Shown here in pieces: positions 51,089-58,905 of a stretch of 64,000 nucleotides of DNA. Numbering within the stretch: position 1 is the stretch's first letter; the number at the start of each line of letters is the position of its first letter. The DNA is from an uncultured Kangiellaceae bacterium (lineage in GTDB: Bacteria; Pseudomonadota; Gammaproteobacteria; Enterobacterales; Kangiellaceae), in assembly GCA_905479925.1 (NCBI GenBank), contig CAJQOL010000055.1:9257-73256 (forward strand), given 5' to 3'. The translations under genes were made by a program, and so were the position numbers. The notes under the pieces are model-generated. The model was not told the DNA's origin, made no database searches, and saw only the letters and a list, made by a program, of their open reading frames with translations.

Positions 51089-51881
51089 GAAAATGGCCGT
51101 TAGGAAACAGCAAAAGGTAAAACGAAAACCCGTCAATTTTGGCTGGGTTCGAAAACTTGGTCCGGCGGTTAAGTGGCTTTTAGTTTCTGGGTGCATGGTT
51201 ACTTTGTTATTAGCTTTAAGTTATTTACCTGCAAGTTGGCAGAATGTATGGCCTGTTGAAATTATTGCTTTCAATAATCCGGCGGTTCAAGTTCAACAAA
51301 GTGATATAGCGGCGCTTTTGAAAGAAAATAATATGAACGGGATGTTGGCCGTTGATGTTTTAGTATTACGAGAAAAACTCCTCGAGAACCCTTGGGTCAG
51401 AGAGGTGGCAGTAAAAAAGCAATGGCCAAACCGTTTGGTCATAGAAATACAGGAATATGACGTGGTAGCAAAGGTTAACGATAAGTTTATGCTAGAAAAT
51501 GGCGTTCTTGTAGAAGGGATAGAGTCAGCTATAGCATCAATGCCAGTGACAATAAATATGGGATCGAAAAATTTAAAACAAAAAGACCTCATGAAACATA
51601 TTATTTCAAGAATTTCTAAGATTAAAAATAGTATTGAAGAAAGCCAGTTAGCCGTCAATGACTTTTCTATTAATGCAAATGATAGTTGGTCGTTATCTAC
51701 CAGTAACGGTATCGAAATAAAAATTGGTAGAAAGCAGCATGTTGATAGAGTGAAACGCTTTTCATCAATTTATGCAGCAATTGAAAATAAAGAGCAATTG
51801 CAAACTATTGATCTCAGATATAGTAACGGTGTTGCTGTTAGTTATCGACCCGAATCAACCTCCGGCGAGAAAAACGGATAA
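51081..51881 (+). CDS. ftsQ: Cell division protein FtsQ
   Basis: Bitopic protein: basic N-terminus, TM helix WLLVSGCMVTLLLAL, then a POTRA-like region. The ATG at 51081 has a GGAG RBS and overlaps the ddl stop by 8 nt. Confidence 0.85.
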   Translation: MAKKMAVRKQQKVKRKPVNFGWVRKLGPAVKWLLVSGCMVTLLLALSYLPASWQNVWPVEIIAFNNPAVQVQQSDIAALLKENNMNGMLAVDVLVLREKLLENPWVREVAVKKQWPNRLVIEIQEYDVVAKVNDKFMLENGVLVEGIESAIASMPVTINMGSKNLKQKDLMKHIISRISKIKNSIEESQLAVNDFSINANDSWSLSTSNGIEIKIGRKQHVDRVKRFSSIYAAIENKEQLQTIDLRYSNGVAVSYRPESTSGEKNG

Positions 51882-51899
51882 ATAAAGAGTCAACCAATT

Positions 51900-53132
51900 A
51901 TGTCAAAAGTGTTAGATAAAAAGTTAATTGTTGGACTAGATATAGGGACTTCTAAAGTGGTTGCTATTGTCGGTGAAATTAGTAGCGAAGGAAGCACTGA
52001 TATCATCGGTATAGGAAGTCACTCGTCGAGCGGTCTTAAGAAAGGTGTTGTCGTCAACATTGAATCAACGGTGCAATCTATTCAGCGTGCGGTGGAAGAA
52101 GCTGAACTAATGGCCGGCTGTCAAATTCACTCGGTATTTGCAGGAATAGCAGGCAGTCATATACGGAGTCTTAACTCCCACGGGATAGTTGCTATTAGAG
52201 ATAGCGAAGTAAATCCAGGTGATGTTGAACGCGTGATTGATGCGGCTAAGGCCGTTGCGATTCCTGCGGACCAAAGAATCCTACATATATTACCGCAAGA
52301 ATTTGTTATTGATAATCAAGAAGGGATCCGCGAGCCGATCGGCATGTCCGGTGTTCGTCTAGAAGCAAAAGTACATATGGTTACCGGTGCTGTCAGCGCC
52401 GCACAAAACATCGTTAAGTGTATTCGTCGTTGCGGTTTAGACGTTGACGATATTATTTTAGAACAGTTAGCTTCGAGCTACTCGGTATTGACTGAGGATG
52501 AAAAAGAGCTTGGCGTTTGTATCGTTGATATAGGTGGAGGGACAACCGATATCGCAGTCTTTACCGAAGGGGCTATTAGGCATACTGCGGTAATACCAAT
52601 TGCGGGTGATCAAGTTACTAACGACATTGCCGTTGCGCTCCGAACGCCAACGCAACATGCTGAAGATATCAAAATAAAGTATGCATGTGCTTTACGACAA
52701 TTAACTTCACTAGAAGATACTATTGAAGTACCCGGCGTCGGCGACAGGGAGCCAAAGCGCATGTCTAGACAAACACTTGCAGAGGTGGTTGAACCTCGTT
52801 ATGAAGAATTGTTTACCTTAATTCAAGCAGAACTTCGTCGAAGCGGGTTTGAAGAAGTGATTCCCGCCGGTATTGTTTTGACTGGCGGTTCCTCAAAGAT
52901 GGAGGGGCTTATTGAACTCGCAGAAGAAGTGTTTCATATGCCGGTAAGACTTGGTGTACCTCAGGGGATAAGCGGTCTTGTTGATGTTGTAAAAAATCCA
53001 ATACACGCTACTGGTGTGGGCTTATTGCTTTATGGGCAGCAACAAAATGTTCATAGCAATTCATTTGAAGAGAAAGCGATTACATTCCAAGGTTTATTTA
53101 GTCGAATGAAAAATTGGTTTAGTGGTTTTTAA
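51900..53132 (+). CDS. ftsA: Cell division protein FtsA
   Basis: VGLDIGTSKVVAIVGE, VDIGGGTTDIAVF, and a C-terminal amphipathic helix MKNWFSGF. Confidence 0.96.
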   Translation: MSKVLDKKLIVGLDIGTSKVVAIVGEISSEGSTDIIGIGSHSSSGLKKGVVVNIESTVQSIQRAVEEAELMAGCQIHSVFAGIAGSHIRSLNSHGIVAIRDSEVNPGDVERVIDAAKAVAIPADQRILHILPQEFVIDNQEGIREPIGMSGVRLEAKVHMVTGAVSAAQNIVKCIRRCGLDVDDIILEQLASSYSVLTEDEKELGVCIVDIGGGTTDIAVFTEGAIRHTAVIPIAGDQVTNDIAVALRTPTQHAEDIKIKYACALRQLTSLEDTIEVPGVGDREPKRMSRQTLAEVVEPRYEELFTLIQAELRRSGFEEVIPAGIVLTGGSSKMEGLIELAEEVFHMPVRLGVPQGISGLVDVVKNPIHATGVGLLLYGQQQNVHSNSFEEKAITFQGLFSRMKNWFSGF

Positions 53133-53168
53133 TTTTTGTTTTAAATTTTTGTTTTAATTTTTAAGTTT
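53130..53168. repeat. 13-bp tandem repeat (AATTTTTGTTTTA), about 2.7 copies, in the ftsA-ftsZ spacer
   Basis: TAATTTTTGTTTT, AAATTTTTGTTTT, AATTTTTAAGTTT, starting at the ftsA stop codon. Confidence 0.7.
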
Positions 53169-53196
53169 ATATTAGCAATCTAGAAGGGGATTTATT

Positions 53197-54339
53197 ATGT
53201 CTAATATGTTTGAGCTAGTCGATAGTTTGCGTGACAACGCAGTTATCAAAGTTATTGGTGTTGGCGGAGGCGGAGGTAATGCTGTTGAGCATATGCTAAG
53301 AGCCAATGTTGATGGTGTTGAATTTATTTGTGCAAATACCGATGCACAAGCACTTAACCGCTCATCGGTTCGTACATCGATCCAAATGGGTGGCGATGCA
53401 ACTAAGGGCTTAGGTGCCGGTGCAAACCCTGAGATCGGTAGGCAAGCTGCGCTGGAAGATCGAGAAAGAATCGCTGAAGTGTTAAGTAATACTGATATGG
53501 TATTTATTACAGCAGGAATGGGGGGCGGTACAGGTACAGGGGCTGCGCCAGTTATTGCTGAAATCGCGAAGGAACTCGGCGTACTAACGGTAGCGGTCGT
53601 AACCAAACCATTTTTCTTTGAAATGAAGAAAAGGATGCAGGTTGCGGAAGCTGGTATTGATGAGCTACGTCAACATGTAGACTCGCTGATCATTGTACCT
53701 AATGACAAAGTACTAAATGTTATGAAAGGTAAAAAGTTGACCGAAGCTTTCCGCGCGGCAAATGATGTGCTTCACGGCGCGGTGCAAGGCATTGCGGAAT
53801 TAATGACTTGTCCAGGACTTATCAATGTTGATTTTGCGGATGTTAAGACAGTCATGTCTGAAAAAGGAATGTCAATGATGGGGAACGGTGTTGGCACCGG
53901 AGAAGACCGAGCAATTACCGCAGCAGAATTGGCGGTTTCGAGTCCATTGCTTGAGGATGTAGATTTATCTGGTGCTAAAGGCATTTTGGTCAATATCACA
54001 TCAGGCGAAGATATGAGTATTGATGAATTCTCCGAAGTTGGTAGTGTTGTTCAGGATTTTGCCGCGGAAGATGCAACAGTGGTAATCGGTACAGCAATCG
54101 ACCCAGAGCTAAAAGACGAAATTCGAGTTACCGTGGTTGCTACCGGAATTGGTCAATCAAATGAGCCTGTTGCTCAGGTTAAGGTTGATAATACAAAGAA
54201 AGCTGACGGCAGCAATGATTATGACAAATTGCAACGTCCAACTATCTTACGTAAGCAAGCGGCACAGCCGAAGCAAGTGGTTGGAAGTGACATGGATTAC
54301 CTTGATATTCCAGCGTTTCTAAGGAAACAAGCTGACTAA
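53197..54339 (+). CDS. ftsZ: Cell division GTPase FtsZ
   Basis: IKVIGVGGGGGNAVEHM and GGGTGTGAAPVIAE. C-terminal peptide DYLDIPAFLRKQAD. Confidence 0.98.
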   Translation: MSNMFELVDSLRDNAVIKVIGVGGGGGNAVEHMLRANVDGVEFICANTDAQALNRSSVRTSIQMGGDATKGLGAGANPEIGRQAALEDRERIAEVLSNTDMVFITAGMGGGTGTGAAPVIAEIAKELGVLTVAVVTKPFFFEMKKRMQVAEAGIDELRQHVDSLIIVPNDKVLNVMKGKKLTEAFRAANDVLHGAVQGIAELMTCPGLINVDFADVKTVMSEKGMSMMGNGVGTGEDRAITAAELAVSSPLLEDVDLSGAKGILVNITSGEDMSIDEFSEVGSVVQDFAAEDATVVIGTAIDPELKDEIRVTVVATGIGQSNEPVAQVKVDNTKKADGSNDYDKLQRPTILRKQAAQPKQVVGSDMDYLDIPAFLRKQAD

Positions 54340-54554
54340 TTAGCAAGCGGTATCACTAGGGTAAATGAGTGCTAAAGTGTGAACGTTATCGTCAGCTACT
54401 TGCTTAAATGGCTGTTATTTCGTTGATGAAGCTCAATTTACCTGAAAACCAGGGAAGGAAGGTATAACTGCTGAGCGGTTAGTTCGTGGTTTCTTTTGAA
54501 TGTTGCTGGGCAATATATGACCGACAGTGGTTAGTTGTCTTGCAAAAAATAGAT

Positions 54555-54590
54555 GCTTTAGCTTGGAACACCCTTCATCCAGGCTGAAGC
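54555..54590 (+). other. Stable hairpin in the long ftsZ-lpxC spacer
   Basis: GCTTTAGCTTGG-aacacccttcat-CCAGGCTGAAGC is a 12-bp stem including two G-T wobbles. It is followed by ACGTTTGTG, a weak T tract. Confidence 0.5.
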
Positions 54591-54980
54591 ACGTTTGTGA
54601 AATAAACCATCTGAATCATACAGCTGTATTCCAAGAAAGTGAGATGAACGTTACTGTCCAAAATACGGAGTTTTGCTGAATAAATCGATTTTTGTCTAAT
54701 GTTTGAAACCGTGATGTAGCGCCCAAGTGATAGCGTTTGCTTTTCCTATAATGGAGGCAATGTAACATTAGAAATAACCTAGTGTCTAAAAAATGAACAA
54801 ATTTTAGGTAGGATGTTTTTACTCTTTATGTTAATATTCACAAGATACGCTTCCAACTCATCCGATGAGTTGCTAAGGGTCTGAATTAAAAAGAAAAACG
54901 GAAACAGATAAAGATTAAGATTAGACCAAAAAGGAATATTGAGTCTACTTCGGCATTCATTTTTGGAGAAAACGTTTTAC

Positions 54981-55895
54981 ATGATTAAACAACGCACCTT
55001 AAAAACAGCTATACGAGCAACTGGTGTTGGTCTTCACACTGGCGAAAAAGTCTACTTAACTTTGCGTCCAGCCGCTGTAGATGCAGGAATTATCTTTCGT
55101 CGAGTCGATTTAGACCCGGTGGTAGAAATTAAAGCAGAACCTCATAATGTTGGCGATACATCGCTTTCAACCTGCTTAACTAATGGAGACGTTCGAGTTT
55201 CTACTGTTGAGCATCTTTTAGCCGCTATGGCTGGCCTTGGTATAGACAACGCCATCATCGATGTTTCAGCCCCAGAAGTACCTATAATGGATGGTAGTGC
55301 TGGTCCATTTGTCTTCTTGCTCGAGTCCGCAGGTGTTGCAGAGCAAGAAAAACCTAAAAAATTCATACGAATCAAAAAACGTGTTGAAGTAAGCCATGGT
55401 GATAAAAAAGCCATATTTGAACCGTTTGACGGTTTTAAGGTTTCCTTTGCAATCGACTTTGATCATCCAGTTATTCAATCGAGTGCTAATTTTTCCGAGG
55501 TCGACTTTTCAGCGACATCTTTTGTCAAAGAAATTAGTCGTGCTAGAACCTTTGGTTTTATGAATGATATTGAGTATTTGCGTTCCAAGAACCTTGTACA
55601 AGGCGGCAGTATGGAGAATGCTATTGTATTAGACGAATATCGCGTATTAAATGAAGACGGACTGCGTTATGACGACGAGTTTGTTAAGCATAAGATATTG
55701 GATGCAATTGGTGATTTGTACTTGTTAGGTAATAGCCTTGTTGGTTCATTTACCGGAGTAAAGTCGGGACACGCGCTTAACAATCAATTGCTTAGAGCGT
55801 TAATGGCCGATGAAGAGTCCTATGATGTTGTGACGTTTGAAGATAATGATGCGGCACCGATTTCGTATATTATGAAACCAGGGTTAGCTGTTTAG
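54981..55895 (+). CDS. lpxC: UDP-3-O-acyl-N-acetylglucosamine deacetylase LpxC
   Basis: [54 protein letters not shown] at 54981 with GGAGA RBS; the track start is 54939. Confidence 0.96.
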   Translation: MIKQRTLKTAIRATGVGLHTGEKVYLTLRPAAVDAGIIFRRVDLDPVVEIKAEPHNVGDTSLSTCLTNGDVRVSTVEHLLAAMAGLGIDNAIIDVSAPEVPIMDGSAGPFVFLLESAGVAEQEKPKKFIRIKKRVEVSHGDKKAIFEPFDGFKVSFAIDFDHPVIQSSANFSEVDFSATSFVKEISRARTFGFMNDIEYLRSKNLVQGGSMENAIVLDEYRVLNEDGLRYDDEFVKHKILDAIGDLYLLGNSLVGSFTGVKSGHALNNQLLRALMADEESYDVVTFEDNDAAPISYIMKPGLAV

Positions 55896-55917
55896 ATAAA
55901 CCGATCAACATTAAAAC

Positions 55918-55945
55918 AACCGAGCATTGCTCGGTTTTTTTATTT
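55918..55945 (+). terminator. Rho-independent terminator of lpxC
   Basis: AACCGAGC-att-GCTCGGTT followed by TTTTTTATTTT. Confidence 0.85.
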
Positions 55946-56022
55946 TAGTACTGAGAGAAATAGAATGTAGATTGGTGATTCACCATCGGTTGTTAAGTTT
56001 GGCGCTGCGTTGCTTATATTAA

Positions 56023-56328
56023 CTATTTCGGCTGCACGATTAAATCGATGCTAGCCAAGCTTAGGTAGCCTTCGCTACGTAAGTTTGAAAGTAAATCAGG
56101 TACTTGAAATCGCAGTTTGTTAGCCCATACTGCACTGTCAACAGCGACTACGAGAGTGCTTTTCCTGATATTAACGACGCGACAGTGTTCTGAAAGTGTT
56201 GGATTAATATACTGATGTAAGCTATTGTTAAGAGTACGAATTTTTGTCAGTTGATCCATTAATGCTTTTATATCGCCGTCTGGCGAGTCGATTAACTGAT
56301 AGGATGTTTTAGCACGTTTTTTTGGCAT
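56023..56328 (-). CDS. DUF721 / DciA-like protein (candidate replicative-helicase loader)
   Basis: 101 aa. The pattern LSEHCRVVNIRKSTLVVAVDSAVWANKLRFQVPDLLSNLR resembles the DUF721 core (strand, strand, W-A-x-x-L helix). The position between lpxC and an M23 peptidase is what I recall for Pseudomonas-type genomes. Confidence 0.6.
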   Translation of the reverse strand: MPKKRAKTSYQLIDSPDGDIKALMDQLTKIRTLNNSLHQYINPTLSEHCRVVNIRKSTLVVAVDSAVWANKLRFQVPDLLSNLRSEGYLSLASIDLIVQPK

Positions 56329-56452
56329 AAATGGGCTTTAGCGTTAAACAATTTTTAATATTGACCGATATTAGCATTAATTTACTTATTCGGTGACTGG
56401 TAAAAATAATAATTAAAATAATTACATCTAACAATTTAAGAATCAAAGAATT

Positions 56453-57382
56453 ATGAGTATTACAATTTTACAGCGTTCCTCCAATGGTATGCGTAGCGTT
56501 AAGCTTCGTAACGGCTTACTTTATTCAATTACATTTCTGCTAGTAGGCCTGCCGATTGCGGCAGGTGTGAGTGGTTACTATTATGCCAAGACACTTGATA
56601 AAGCGGCAAAGGTTGAACAAGTCACTATTGACAATTGGCACGGTGAAATTAAGCAGCAATGGGCAGAGTTAGACTCTGCAAAACAAGCTTCTCAGCAACA
56701 AATTAATGCGTTAACCGCTCGACTGGGAATGTTACAAGCCCATGTGCGTCGTTTAGATGCGGCGGGGGAACGAATTCTTAACATCTCTGGAATTGATGCA
56801 AAGGAGTTTAATTTTGCCGAACCGCCAGCTCTAGGTGGGCCTGAAGAAACTCTTAATCGACAATCTAACTCGGTTGAGCTTGTAAGTGCGTTTGACGAAG
56901 TCAATTTATCTCTGCAGTCGAGAGAACAGCAGCTGAAAGTTCTTGAGTCTCTGTTAATGGATAAGCATATGGGGGTCGAGCGCTATATATCTGGTCGTCC
57001 AACCAAAAAGGGCTGGCTGTCGTCCTTTTACGGCGAAAGAAATGATCCCTTTACTGGTAAACCTGCATGGCACGCCGGTATCGATTTTGCCGGTTCAGAG
57101 GGGGATGAGGTAATCGCGACCGCTGCAGGAGTTGTTTCTTGGGTTGGAAAGCGTTCCGGATATGGTTTGCTGATTGAAATAAATCATGGCGACGGACTGG
57201 TAACGCGCTATGGCCATAATAAAATTGCAGAAGTTAATAAGGGTGATGTTGTTAAAAAAGGGCAATTGATTTCAAGAATGGGTAATACCGGGCGCTCAAC
57301 AGGTGCCCACGTTCATTACGAAGTGATAAAAAACGGTAGACCAACTAACCCGACGCCTTACGTAAATAGGAGAGGGAAGTAA
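56453..57382 (+). CDS. M23-family (LytM-domain) murein endopeptidase with N-terminal anchor and coiled coil
   Basis: HAGIDFAG, GYGLLIEINHG and GAHVHYEV are the zinc-ligand motifs of the M23 family. Confidence 0.85.
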   Translation: MSITILQRSSNGMRSVKLRNGLLYSITFLLVGLPIAAGVSGYYYAKTLDKAAKVEQVTIDNWHGEIKQQWAELDSAKQASQQQINALTARLGMLQAHVRRLDAAGERILNISGIDAKEFNFAEPPALGGPEETLNRQSNSVELVSAFDEVNLSLQSREQQLKVLESLLMDKHMGVERYISGRPTKKGWLSSFYGERNDPFTGKPAWHAGIDFAGSEGDEVIATAAGVVSWVGKRSGYGLLIEINHGDGLVTRYGHNKIAEVNKGDVVKKGQLISRMGNTGRSTGAHVHYEVIKNGRPTNPTPYVNRRGK

Positions 57383-57472
57383 GACTCCCTGCTTAAGGGC
57401 AATTAAATTCCGCTATATTTCCTAAACTTACGGTTTGGTTTTCGCTTAAATCTCGCACAAAATAGGCTTAAT

Positions 57473-58663
57473 TTAAGAGCCATGTAGCAACTCTTTGAGC
57501 AGTTTTGTCATGATTTCACTATATTGTTTCTCTTTTTCTAGACTCGCCTCAAAAATTTGTGAAGATTGATTTGTCGCTTCCATAATATGGTTGAGAAGAA
57601 CACTTTCTTCATTTTCCAGTAAGTTAAACTGGATAATATCCGCACTTATATCCGCCTCCATTTTCAGAATAATCTCTTCAAATTTCTTTGAAAGCTCAAC
57701 ATTGTCATTTTCCATTTCCATAACCATATTGGCAATCGTATCCGCCGCAATTCTCATGGTTATTGCTTTCATTTGGTTGCTTTTTTCAATTTTTAAAGCG
57801 TTTACTCGTGCATCTACACCGTTAAATAAAAGACAAAGCTGATCTTTAAGGACACCGTAACGTTCTTCATCATTAATCGGCATATCTCGGATTAGTACAG
57901 AAAAATTAGGGTAATTAAAAAAAGTGCGGTTTTTCCAGCTGAAAATTCTTTCTTGGTCTCTGAAGGTTTCTAAAGCTTGCTCTTCTAAGGGTTTAATTTG
58001 CCCGTCATTTCTATAAAACGAAGTGCTCTTATCAAAGAATGCAATGCTGGCTTTTAATGAAAACTTTGCTATTGCGTCAAGTAATAACTTGGCCAAATCG
58101 GCGATGCTTCCAACCGAATAACTATCTTCGTGGAATCTTAGAATTTCGCCTAATTCTGAGCTAGTAGCCATGGCTTTAAACGCCATTTGCTGTGCGCCAG
58201 ATATTAGTTGCTGATTGTTTTCACGTGCTTGTTGACGCTTAGAAAACTGCTCGAGTTTTAATTTCAACTCCATTAAACGAACTGGTTTAATCAGGTAATC
58301 ATCAGCACCAACTTCATAAGCACTTAAAATGTCATTTTCCGACATTCTGCCTGATATGAATATTATCGGAACATTTGCACTTAGATACTCTTCCCGAAGT
58401 TGTTGACAGACCTGATTACCGTCAACCCCAGGTAAACCGATATCAAGGAGTACGAAGTCTGGTTGATCCCCCAAAGCCTCCGCAATTTCAGATATCCCGC
58501 CCTCAGGAAGGGATGCGTAGTGAATGACTTGGTAGTGCTCTGTTTCCAGAAACTCCTTAAATAGATTACTTAATTCTAAGTCATCTTCAAAATAAAGAAC
58601 CTTTCCCTTGGTTGCCGGCACATTTCCTTGGTTTACTTCAACCGGACTAACAGCTTCATTCAT
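57473..58663 (-). CDS. Response regulator: REC domain plus a ~250-aa C-terminal domain of unrecognised type
   Basis: REC residues FEDD, FVLLDIGLPGVDG, IFISG and DDYLIKP. In the C-terminal part I see no HTH, GGDEF, EAL, HD-GYP or CheB motifs. ATG at 58663; the track TTG start is 58678. Confidence 0.8.
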   Translation of the reverse strand: MNEAVSPVEVNQGNVPATKGKVLYFEDDLELSNLFKEFLETEHYQVIHYASLPEGGISEIAEALGDQPDFVLLDIGLPGVDGNQVCQQLREEYLSANVPIIFISGRMSENDILSAYEVGADDYLIKPVRLMELKLKLEQFSKRQQARENNQQLISGAQQMAFKAMATSSELGEILRFHEDSYSVGSIADLAKLLLDAIAKFSLKASIAFFDKSTSFYRNDGQIKPLEEQALETFRDQERIFSWKNRTFFNYPNFSVLIRDMPINDEERYGVLKDQLCLLFNGVDARVNALKIEKSNQMKAITMRIAADTIANMVMEMENDNVELSKKFEEIILKMEADISADIIQFNLLENEESVLLNHIMEATNQSSQIFEASLEKEKQYSEIMTKLLKELLHGS

Positions 58664-58905
58664 ATCATCAACTCTCAATAAAATAGTATTCTTACGGTGT
58701 TAAAATATTAACTAGCTAAATTATAGAAGCCTTTATCGCATCATGCTGATTATATTCGATTTTATTGGCATTTTTAGTGTTGAATTTTGCGATCTTTAAA
58801 ATGGAGAATTTTGGTAAATAGGCTATGTTTAGAGAGAGTATTTGAATAAATTCTAAACTACGCTGGTTCTGGCTCTACAACCAGCCTCTAAATCAAGGCA
58901 CTTTT

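Noticed and set aside
53172-53606. 144-aa minus-strand ORF antisense to the 5' part of ftsZ. Similar antisense ORFs occur inside murA, ftsI, murF, murC, ddl, ftsQ, rsmH, lpxC and others.
   Set aside because: Ala/Pro/Ser-rich shadows of highly conserved genes on the other strand, with no independent start signals. The sense genes are unambiguous.
54853-54871. Perfect palindrome CAACTCATC-c-GATGAGTTG in the ftsZ-lpxC spacer, considered as a terminator.
   Set aside because: The 1-nt centre cannot form a loop without opening the stem, and no T-run follows on either strand. It is kept only as part of the spacer description.
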